DNA from: the human T2T-CHM13v2.0 reference genome, Homo sapiens
Assembly (NCBI RefSeq): GCF_009914755.1
Contig: NC_060939.1
Direction: 5' to 3' (one strand)
DNA: 64,000 nt
The translations under genes and the position numbers were made by a program. Below the pieces are notes generated by a model that was not told where the DNA came from, did no database searches, and saw nothing but the letters and a program-made list of their open reading frames with translations. Positions 12,301 to 22,894 of the stretch are shown here, in pieces (positions within the stretch are counted from its first letter, which is position 1; every line of letters begins with the position of its first letter).

Positions 12301-15300
12301 CTCATGGAGGAGTCGGCAGAGCAGGCACAGCGGCGTGACGAGACTCGCGTGGGAAGAAGAAGACACTCCTGGAGGAGTCGGCAGAGCAGGCAGACCAAGG
12401 AGTTCATCTTCTCGGAGCTGCTGTCCAACCTGTACTCGCGTCGGAACCTGCAGACACTCGTGGAGGCGTCGGCAGAGCAGGCAGACCAAGGAGTTCATCT
12501 TCTCAGAGCTTCTGTCCAACCTGTACTCGCGTGGGAACGAGAAGACACTCGTGGAGGCGTCGGCAGAGCAGGCAGACCAAGGAGTTCATCTTCTCAGAGC
12601 TGCTGTCCAACCTGTACTCGCGTGGGAACGAGAAGACACTCGTGGAGGCGTCGGCAGAGCAGGCAGACCAAGGAGTTCATCTTCTCAGAGCTGCTGTCCA
12701 ACCTGCACTCGCGTGGGAACGAGAAGACACTCATGGAGGAGTCGGCCGAGCAGGCACAGCGGCGTGACGAGACTCGCGTGGGAAGAAGAAGACACTCCTG
12801 GAGGAGTCGGCAGAGCAGGCAGACCAAGGAGTTCATCTTCTCGGAGCTGCTGTCCAACCTGTACTCGCGTGGGAACCTGCAGACACTTGTGGAGGAGTCG
12901 GCAGAGCAGGCACAGCGGTGCGACGAGATGCTGCTTCTCAGAGCTGCTGTCCAACCTGCACTGGCGTGGGAACGAGAAGACACTCGTGGAGGCGTTGGCA
13001 GAGCAGGCAGACCAAGGAGTTCATCTTCTCAGAGCTGCTGTCCAACCTGTACTCGCGTGGGAACGAGCAGACACTCGTGGAGGCGTTGGCAGAGCAGGCA
13101 GACCAAGGAGTTCATCTTCTCAGAGCTGCTGTCCAACCTGCACTCGCGTGGGAACGAGAAGACACTCGTGGAGGCGTCGGCAGAGCAGGCAGACCAAGGA
13201 GTTCATCTTCTCAGAGCTGCTGTCCAAACTGCACTCGCGTGGGAACGAGAAGACACTCATGGAGGAGTCGGCAGAGCAGGCACAGAGGTGTGACGAGACT
13301 CGCGTGGGAAGAAGAAGACACTCCTGGAGGAGTCGGCAGAGCAGGCAGACCAAGAAGTTCATCTTCTCGGAGCTGCTGTCCAACCTGTACTCGCGTCGGA
13401 ACCTGCAGACACTCGTGGAGGCGTCGGCAGAGCAGGCAGACCAAGGAGTTCATCTTCTCAGAGCTGCTGTCCAACCTGTACTCGCGTGGGAACGAGAAGA
13501 CACTCGTGGAGGCGTCGGCAGAGCAGGCTGACCAAGGAGTTCATCTTCTCAGAGCTGCTGTCCAACCTGTACTCGCGTGGGAACGAGAAGACACTCGTGG
13601 AGGCGTCGGCAGAGCAGGCAGACCAAGGAGTTCATCTTCTCAGAGCTGCTGTCCAACCTGCACTCGCGTGGGAACGAGAAGACACTCATGGAGGAGTCGG
13701 CCGAGCAGGCACAGCGGCGTGACGAGACTCGCGTGGGAAGAAGAAGACACTCCTGGAGGAGTCGGCAGAGCAGGCAGACCAAGGAGTTCATCTTCTCGGA
13801 GCTGCTGTCCAACCTGTACTCGCGTCGGAACCTGCAGACACTTGTGGAGGAGTCGGCAGAGCAGGCACAGCGGTGCGACAAGATGCTGCTTCTCAGAGCT
13901 GCTGTCCAACCTGCACTCGCGTGGGAACGAGAAGACACTCGTGGAGGCGTCGGCAGAGCAGGCAGACGAAGGAGTTCATCTTCTCAGAGCTGCTGTCCAA
14001 CCTGTCCTCGCGTGGGAACGAGAAGACACTCGTGGAGGCGTCGGCAGAGCAGGCAGACCAAGGAGTTCATCTTCTCAGAGCTGCTGTCCAACCTGCACTC
14101 GCGTGGGAACGAGAAGACACTCGTGGAGGCGTCGGCAGAGCAGGCTGACCAAGGAGTTCATCTTCTCAGAGCTGCTGTCCAAACTGCACTCGCGTGGGAA
14201 CGAGAAGACACTCATGGAGGAGTCGGCAGAGCAGGCACAGAGGTGTGACGAGACTCGCGTGGGAAGAAGAAGACACTCCTGGAGGAGTCGGCAGAGCAGG
14301 CAGACCAAGGAGTTCATCTTCTCGGAGCTGCTGTCCAACCTGTACTCGCGTCGGAACCTGCAGACACTTGTGGAGGAGTCGGCAGAGCAGGCACAGCGGT
14401 GCGACGAGATGCTGCTTCTCAGAGCTGCTGTCCAACCTGCACTCGCTTGGGAACAAGAAGACACTCGTGGAGGCGTCGGCAGAGCAGGCAGACCAAGGAG
14501 TTCATCTTCTCAGAGCTGCTGTCCAACCTGCACTCGCGTGGGAACGAGAAGACACTCGTGGAGGCGTCGGCAGAGCAGGCTGACCAAGGAGTTCATCTTC
14601 TCAGAGCTGCTGTCCAAACTGCACTCGCGTGGGAACGAGAAGACACTCATGGAGGAGTCGGCAGAGCAGGCACAGAGGTGTGACGAGACTCGCGTGGGAA
14701 GAAGAAGACACTCCTGGAGGAGTCGGCAGAGCAGGCAGACCAAGGAGTTCATCTTCTCGGAGCTGCTGTCCAACCTGTACTCGCGTCGGAACCTGCAGAC
14801 ACTTGTGGAGGAGTCGGCAGAGCAGGCACAGCGGTGCGACGAGATGCTGCTTCTCAGAGCTGCTGTCCAACCTGCACTCGCTTGGGAACAAGAAGACACT
14901 CGTGGAGGCGTCGGCAGAGCAGGCAGACCAAGGAGTTCATCTTCTCAGAGCTGCTGTCCAACCTGTACTCGCGTGGGAACGAGAAGACACTCGTGGAGGC
15001 GTCGGCAGAGCAGGCAGACCAAGGAGTTCATCTTCTCAGAGCTGCTGTCCAACCTGCACTCGCGTGGGAACGAGAAGACACTCATGGAGGAGTCGGCCGA
15101 GCAGGCACAGCGGCGTGACGAGACTCGCATGGGAAGAAGAAGACACTCCTGGAAGAGTCGGCAGAGCAGGCAGATCAAGGAGTTCATCTTCTCGGAGCTG
15201 CTGTCCAACCTATACTCGCGTCGGAACCTGCAGACACTTGTGGAGGAGTCGGCAGAGCAGGCACAGCGGTGCGACGAGATGCTGCTTCTCAGAGATGCTG

Positions 15301-18300
15301 TCCAACCTGCACTGGCGTGGGAACGAGAAGACACTCGTGGAGGCGTCGGCAGAGCAGGCAGACCAAGGAGTTCATCTTCTCAGAGCTGCTGTCCAACCTG
15401 CACTCGCGTGGGAACGAGAAGACACTCGTGGAGGCGTCGGCAGAGCAGGCAGACCAAGGAGTTCATCTTCTCAGAGCTGCTGTCCAACCTGCACTCGCGT
15501 GGGAACGAGAAGACACTCATGGAGGAGTCGGCCGAGCAGGCACAGCGGCGTGACGAGACTCGCGTGGGAAGAAGAAGACACTCCTGGAGGAGTCGGCAGA
15601 GCAGGCAGACCAAGGAGTTCATCTTCTCGGAGCTGCTGTCCAACCTGTACTCGCGTCGGAACCTGCAGACACTTGTGGAGGAGTCGGCAGAGCAGGCACA
15701 GCGGTGCGACGAGATGCTGCTTCTCAGAGCTGCTGTCCAACCTGCACTGGCGTGGGAACGAGAAGACACTCGTGGAGGCGTCGGCAGAGCAGGCAGACCA
15801 AGGAGTTCATCTTCTCAGAGCTGCTGTCCAACCTGTACTCGCGTGGGAACGAGCAGGCACTCGTGGAGGCGTCGGCAGAGCAGGCAGACCAAGGAGTTCA
15901 TCTTCTCAGAGCTGCTGTCCAACCTGCACTCGCGTGGGAATGAGAAGACACTCGTGAAGGCGTCGGCAGAGAAGGCAGACCAAGGAGTTCATCTTCTCAG
16001 AGCTGCTGTCCAACCTGCACTCGCGTGGGAACGAGAAGACACTCGTGGAGGCGTCGGCAGAGCAGGCAGACCAAGGAGTTCATCTTCTCAGAGCTGCTGT
16101 CCAAACTGCACTCGCGTGGGAACGAGAAGACACTCATGGAGGAGTCGGCAGAGCAGGCACAGAGGTGTGACGAGACTCGCGTGGGAAGAAGAAGACACTC
16201 CTGGAGGAGTCGGCAGAGCAGGCAGACCAAGGAGTTCATCTTCTCGGAGCTGCTGTCCAACCTGTACTCGCGTCGGAACCTGCAGACACTTGTGGAGGAG
16301 TCGGCAGAGCAGGCACAGCGGTGCGACGAGATGCTGCTTCTCAGAGCTGCTGTCCAACCTGCACTCGCGTGGGAACAAGAAGACACTCGTGGAGGCGTTG
16401 GCAGAGCAGGCAGACCAAGGAGTTCATCTTCTCAGAGCTGCTGTCCAACCTGTACTCGCGTGGGAACGAGAAGACACTCGTGGAGGCGTCGGCAGAGCAG
16501 GCAGACCAAGGAGTTCATCTTCTCAGAGCTGCTGTCCAACCTGCACTCGCGTGGGAACGAGAAGACACTCATGTAGGAGTCGGCAGAGCAGGCACAGCGG
16601 CGTGACGAGACTCGCGTGGGAAGAAGAAGACATTCCTGGAGGAGTCGGCAGAGCAGGCAGAGCAAGGAGTTCATCTTCTCGGAGCTGCTGTCCAACCTGT
16701 ACTCGCGTCGGAACCTGCAGACACTTGTGGAGGAGTCGGCAGAGCAGGCACAGCGGTGCGACGAGATGCTGCTTCTCAGAGCTGCTGTCCAACCTGCACT
16801 CGCGTGGGAACCAGAAGACACTCGTGGAGGCGTCGGCAGAGCAGGCAGACCAAGGAGTTCATCTTCTCAGAGCTGCTGTCCAACCTGTACTCGCGTGGGA
16901 ACGAGAAGACACTCGTGGAGGCGTCGGCAGAGCAGGCAGACCAAGGAGTTCATCTTCTCAGAGCTGCTGTCCAACCTGCACTCGCGTGGGAACGAGAAGA
17001 CACTCATGGAGGAGTCGGCCGAGCAGGCACAGCGGCGTGACGAGACTCGCGTGGGAAGAAGAAGACACTCCTGGAGGAGTCGGCAGAGCAGGCAGACCAA
17101 GGAGTTCATCTTCTCGGAGCTGCTGTCCAACCTGTACTCGCGTCGGAACCTGCAGACACTTGTGGAGGAGTCGGCAGAGCAGGCACAGCGGTGCGACGAG
17201 ATGCTGCTTCTCAGAGCTGCTGTCCAACCTGCACTCGCGTGGGAACGAGAAGACACTCGTGGAGGCATCGGCAGAGCAGGCAGACCAAGGAGTTCATCTT
17301 CTCAGAGCTGCTGTCCAACCTGTACTCGCGTGGGAACGAGCAGACACTCGTGGAGGCGTTGGCAGAGCAGGCAGACCAAGGAATTCATCTTCTCAGAGCT
17401 GCTGTCCAACCTGCACTCGCGTGGGAATGAGAAGACACTCGTGAAGGCGTCGGCAGAGAAGGCAGACCAAGGAGTTCATCTTCTCAGAGCTGCTGTCCAA
17501 CCTGCACTCGCGTGGGAACGAGAAGACACTCGTGGAGGCGTCGGCAGAGCAGGCAGACCAAGGAGTTCATCTTCTCAGAGCTGCTGTCCAAACTGCACTC
17601 GCGTGGGAACGAGAAGACACTCATGGAGGAGTCGGCAGAGCAGGCACAGAGGTGTGACGAGACTCGCGTGGGAAGAAGAAGACACTCCTGGAGGAGTCGG
17701 CAGAGCAGGCAGACCAAGGAGTTCATCTTCTCGGAGCTGCTGTCCAACCTGTACTCGCGTCGGAACCTGCAGACACTCGTGGAGGCGTCGGCAGAGCAGG
17801 CAGACCAAGGAGTTCATCTTCTCAGAGCTGCTGTCCAACCTGTACTCGCGTGGGAACGAGAAGACACTCGTGGAGGCGTCGGCAGAGCAGGCAGACCAAG
17901 GAGTTCATCTTCTCAGAGCTGCTGTCCAACCTGCACTCGCGTGGGAACGAGAAGACACTCATGGAGGAGTCGGCAGAGCAGGCACAGCGGTGTGACGAGA
18001 CTCGCGTGGGAAGAAGAAGACACTCCTGGACTAGTCGGTAGAGCAGGCAGACCAAGGAGTTCATCTTCTCGGAGCTGCTGTCCAACCTGTACTCGCGTCG
18101 GAACCTGCAGACACTTGTGGAGGAGTCGGCAGAGCAGGCACAGCGGTGCGACGAGATGCTGCTTCTCAGAGCTGCTGTCCAACCTGCACTCGCGTGGGAA
18201 CGAGAAGACACTCGTGGAGGCGTTGGCAGAGCAGGCAGACCAAGGAGTTCATCTTCTCAGAGCTGCTGTCCAACCTGTACTCGCGTGGGAACGAGAAGAC

Positions 18301-21300
18301 ACTCGTGGAGGCGTCGGCAGAGCAGGCAGACCAAGGAGTTCATCTTCTCAGAGCTGCTGTCCAACCTGCACTCGCGTGGGAACGAGAAGACACTCATGGA
18401 GGAGTCGGCCGAGCAGGCACAGCGGCGTGACGAGACTCGCGTGGGAAGAAGAAGACACTCCTGGAGGAGTCGGCAGAGCAGGCAGACCAAGGAGTTCATC
18501 TTCTCGGAGCTGCTGTCCAACCTGTACTCGCATCGGAACCTGCAGACACTTGTGGAGGAGTCGGCAGAGCAGGCACACCGGTGCGACGAGATGCTGCTTC
18601 TCAGAGCTGCTGTCCAACCTGCACTAGCGTGGGAACGAGAAGACACTCGTGGAGGCGTCGGCAGAGCAGGCAGACCAAGGAGTTCATCTTCTCAGAGCTG
18701 CTGTGCAACCTGCACTCGCGTGGGAACGAGAAGACACTCGTGGAGGCGTCGGCAGAGCAGGCAGACCAAGGAGTTCATCTTCTCAGAGCTGCTGTCCAAC
18801 CTGCACTCGCGTGGGAACGAGAAGACACTCGTGGAGGCGTCAGCAGAGAAGGCAGACCAAGGAGTTCATCTTCTCAGAGCTGCTGCCCAACCTGCACTCG
18901 CGTGGGAACGAGAAGACACTCGTGGAGGCGTCGGCAGAGCAGGCAGACCAAGGAGTTCATCTTCTCAGAGCTGCTGTCCAAACTGCACTTGCGTGGGAAC
19001 GAGAATACACTCATGGAGGAGTCGGCAGAGCAGGCACAGCGGTGTGACGAGACTCGCGTGGGAAGAAGAAGACACTCCTGGAGGAGTCGGCAGAGCAGGC
19101 AGACCAAGGAGTTCATCTTCTCGGAGCTGCTGTCCAACCTGTACTCGCGTCGGAACCTGCAGACACTTGTGGAGGAGTCGGCAGAGCAGGCACAGCGGTG
19201 CGACGAGATGCTGCTTCTCAGAGCTGCTGTCCAACCAGCCCTCGCGTGGGAACCAGAAGACACTCGTGGAGGCGTCGGCAGAGCAGGCAGACCAAGGAGT
19301 TCATCTTCTCAGAGCTGCTGTCCAACCTGTACTCGCGTGGGAACGAGAAGACACTCGTGGAGGCGTCGGCAGAGTAGGCAGACCAAGGAGTTCATCTTCT
19401 CAGAGCTGCTGTCCAACCTGCACTCGCGTGGGAACGAGAAGACACTCATGGAGGAGTCGGCCGAGCAGGCACAGCGGCGTGACGAGACTCGCGTGGGAAG
19501 AAGAAGACACTCCTGGAGGAGTCGGCAGAGCAGGCAGACCAAGGAGTTCATCTTCTCGGAGCTGCTGTCCAACCTGTACTCGCGTCGGAACCTGCAGACA
19601 CTTGTGGAGGAGTCGGCAGAGCAGGCACAGCGGTGCGACGAGATGCTGCTTCTCAGAGCTGCTGTCCAACCTGCACTGGCGTGGGAACGAGAAGACACTC
19701 GTGGAGGCGTCGGCAGAGCAGGCAGACCAAGGAGTTCATCTTCTCAGAGCTGCTGTCCAACCTGTACTCGCGTGGGAACGAGAAGACACTCGTGGAGGCG
19801 TCGGCAGAGCAGGCAGACCAAGGAGTTCATCTTCTCAGAGCTGCTGTCCAACCTGCACTCGCGTGGGAACGAGAAGACACTCGTGGAGGCGTCGGCAGAG
19901 CAGGCAGACCAAGGAGTTCATCTTCTCAGAGCTGCTGTCCAAACTGCACTTGCGTGGGAACGAGAAGACACTCATGGAGGAGTCGGCAGAGCAGGCACAG
20001 CGGTGTGACGAGACTCGCGTGGGAAGAAGAAGACACTCCTGGAGGAGTCGGCAGAGCAGGCAGACGAAGGAGTTCATCTTCTCGGAGCTGCTGTCCAACC
20101 TGTACTCGCGTCGGAACCTGCAGACACTTGTGGAGGAGTCGGCAGAGCAGGCACAGCGGTGCGACGAGATGCTGCTTCTCAGAGCTGCTGTCCAACCTGC
20201 ACTCGCGTGGGAACAAGAAGACACTCGTGGAGGCGTTGGCAGAGCAGGCAGACCAAGGAGTTCATCTTCTCAGAGCTGCTGTCCAACCTGTACTCGCGTG
20301 GGAACGAGAAGACACTCGTGGAGGCGTCGGCAGAGCAGGCAGACCAAGGAGTTCATCTTCTCAGAGCTGCTGTCCAACCTGCACTCGCGTGGGAACGAGA
20401 AGACACTCATGTAGGAGTCGGCAGAGCAGGCACAGCGGCGTGACGAGACTCGCGTGGGAAGAAGAAGACACTCCTGGAGGAGTCGGCAGAGCCGGCAGAC
20501 CAAGGAGTTCATCTTCTCGGAGCTGCTGTCCAACCTGTACTCGCGTCGGAACCTGCAGATACTTGTGGAGGAGTCGGCAGAGCAGGCACAGCGGTGCGAC
20601 GAGATGCTGCTTCTCAGAGCTGCTGTCCAACCTGCACTCGCGTGGGAACCAGAAGACACTCCTGGAGGAGTCGGCAGAGCAGGCACAGCGGCGTGATGAG
20701 ATGCTGCTTCTCAGAGCTGCTGTCCAACCTGCACTCGCGTGGGAACCAGAAGACACTCCTGGAGGAGTCGGCAGAGCAGGCAGACCAAGGAGTTCATCTT
20801 AGAGCTGCTGTCCAACCTGCACTCGCGTGGGAACGAGAAGACACTCGTGGAGGCGTCGGCAGAGCAGGCAGACCAAGGAGTTCATCTTCTCAGAGCTGCT
20901 ATCCAACCTGCACTCGCGTGGGAACGAGAAGACACTCCTGGAGGCGTCGGCAGAGCAGGCAGACCAAGGAGTTCATCTTCTCAGAGCTGCTGTCCAACCT
21001 GCACTCGCGTGGGAACGAGAAGACACTCGTGGAGGAGTCGGCAGAGCAGGCACAGCGGCGTGACGAGACTCGCGTGGGAAGAAGAAGACACTCCTGGAGG
21101 AGTCGGCAGAGTAGGCAGAACAAGGAGTTCATCTTCTCGGAGCTGCTGTCCAACCTGTACTCGCGTGGGAACGAGAAGACACTCCTGGAGGAGTCGGCAG
21201 AGCAGGCAGACCAAGGAGTTCATCTTCTCAGAGCTGCTGTCCAACCTGCACTCGCGTAGGGACAAGAAGACACTCCTGGAGGAGTCGGCGGAGCAGGCAT

Positions 21301-21320
21301 AGCGGCGCGACGAGATGCTG
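339..21320 (+). repeat. ~21 kb tandem array (VNTR/macrosatellite) of DNM1-exon-derived monomers with higher-order structure
   Basis: Core 91-bp unit accaaggagttcatcttctcagagctgctgtccaacctgtactcgcgtgggaacgagaagacactcgtggaggcgtcggcagagcaggcag, plus junction variants giving 97-bp and 65-bp periods. ORF-track offsets of 435, 955 and 3144 bp recur. Confidence 0.98.
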
Positions 21321-21449
21321 TGCATGCACCACGTGCTGAAAGAGGCTCTCAGCATCATCGGCGACATCAACATGAACACCATCAGCACAGCTACGGGGGC
21401 CCGTGGACGACTCCTAGTTGCAGGTACAGAGCGTCCCGGCTGGACCCAG
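21210..21449 (+). pseudogene. Last, nearly complete copy of the DNM1 GED exon (degenerate)
   Basis: Last monomer runs on into atgctgtgcatgcaccacgtgctgaaagaggctctcagcatcatcggcgacatcaac...ccgtggacgactcctagttgcaggtacagagcgtcccggctggacccag|gt (DNM1 [34 protein letters not shown]). It has TAG stops and a small frameshift near 21390. Confidence 0.9.
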
Positions 21450-22130
21450 GTACCAGGGCTGGCCCCCACTAGCCCCAAAGCCCCCCAGCCTCCATGGCTG
21501 AGCTTGTGGGCTCTTGGAACAGGCTCTGTGCCCAAGCTGGCAGACATGGGCTCTCTCTGGAGCTGTCAGAGAGCTCGTGGTTTATGGTGTAAGGGCTGAG
21601 AGCTTGGAGGGGGTTGTGTGCAGGGCTGTACTCTGAGGCGGCCAGAGGCCTAGGAATGTCATCCTGGGCACGCTGTAGCTGTTGTGAAGTCTGAGTCATG
21701 CTGCCAGGGAGGGCATCCAGCTCCCAGCCTGGGAGTGCTTAGAGCCAAATCTACTGCAGAGCAGGGGTGATAGTCAGGGTCCCACCTCCTCTATCTGTTG
21801 ACAATCCAGTGGTGATCTAAGATAAAACCTTGAGACTCCCATACACACGGTCAACCCACAACACACCTCACAGGCCAGGCAGGGACACACAGTCCCCTTC
21901 CCTCCCTCCCAGGTACCATCATAGCTGCTAGCGTGTGGCTGAAGGCAGGGTCCCTGGCCCCCGCTGAAGCACTACCGCCAGCCAGCAGGCTCACGCACCT
22001 TGGTCTGTTGCTTCTAGAGGTTGCTTCTGCTATTCAGCCGAGGGGACCATAGTGCATGCTGGCCCGGCTGAGCTCCACCCAGCAAGCCCACCCACCTCCC
22101 TTGCCATGGACTCTCCCTCTTCTGCTTTTC

Positions 22131-22193
22131 CCAGCCCTCACCTTTGTGACCTGCAACCCCCAACAAGCTGAGGCTCCCCTCTTAGACTTATAA
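22131..22193 (+). pseudogene. Remnant of a DNM1 alternative C-terminal exon (..EAPLLDL*)
   Basis: gct gag gct ccc ctc tta gac tta taa = AEAPLLDL*, preceded by a pyrimidine tract and ag. Resembles a recalled DNM1 splice-variant tail PTEAPLLDL. Confidence 0.6.
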
Positions 22194-22461
22194 GTCTATA
22201 GCCAGTGGCATCCAGCTGCCTGTCCTCCCTACCTCCCCCAGGGTCCCTTCAGAGGGTCCTGGGCTTTCTGACTGCCCAAAAGGGGCTCCGGCGATCACTC
22301 CAGCCATCCATCCCTTTTAGCTTCATCATCCTGGTTCAAGCAGTGTTCCTTCTCTATCAGGACTGGTGGCTGTTGCGTTGGGTTCCCAAAAGCAAGAGAT
22401 GGCCCCGGGCCAGTGGGTTCAAAGACAGGGTGACCAGAGAAGAGGGACACTGGAGGGGGCT

Positions 22462-22664
22462 GAGCATTGCTCTGAACGGTGGGTGCACCGCCCTGGGTGC
22501 CCTGAAAGAGGCCAGCGTGTGTGGGGTGGGGAGGGCCGCCGGAGCCCCCAGGCACTAACTGTGGAGCATTGCTCTGAACGGTGGCTGCACCGCCCTGGGT
22601 GCCCTGAAAGATGCCAGCGTGTGTGGGGTGGGGAGGGCCGCTGCAACCCCCAGGCACTAACTGT
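22462..22664 (+). repeat. 102-bp tandem duplication (2 copies)
   Basis: gagcattgctctgaacggtgg...ccccaggcactaactgtg starts at 22462 and again at 22564 with few mismatches. Confidence 0.9.
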
Positions 22665-22894
22665 GAAGCTCTGCCTCCCTCCTTCTTCCTCTCCTTTCCT
22701 TTCCAGCCCCACTTTCCCAGGAGCCTCGCCATACCCGCACCTGTGCCCTCCCCACCCCTGCCCTCCCACAGCTGCTGTGGCATGCCTGTGCTCTGCACTT
22801 GCCTCATCAGCTCTCTGCTCACTTTTCTCTCTCCTGCTTCTCTCTGCTTGCTTTTCTCTCTCCTGCTTCTCTCTGCTTTCTCTCCAACTGCCAG

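Noticed and set aside
357-20756. Recurrent minus-strand ORFs of 86-138 aa
   Set aside because: Antisense shadows of the repeat with no independent coding signal.
569-20802. Long ORFs (up to 1508 aa) as bona fide genes
   Set aside because: Most start at GTG/TTG, overlap in all three frames and follow automatically from a stop-free monomer. Kept only as a hypothesis in findings.
339-21210. Rolling-circle reverse transcription of a back-spliced circRNA as the array's origin (junction A coincides with the splice acceptor)
   Set aside because: Junction A retains the intronic G of the acceptor via CA microhomology and has no donor at its other end. Junctions B and C are not at splice sites, and the array is embedded in place between genomic introns.
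339-21320. CRISPR-like array
   Set aside because: No unique spacers; units are contiguous copies of a eukaryotic exon, there are no cas genes, and the context is primate (Alu, L1, OR).
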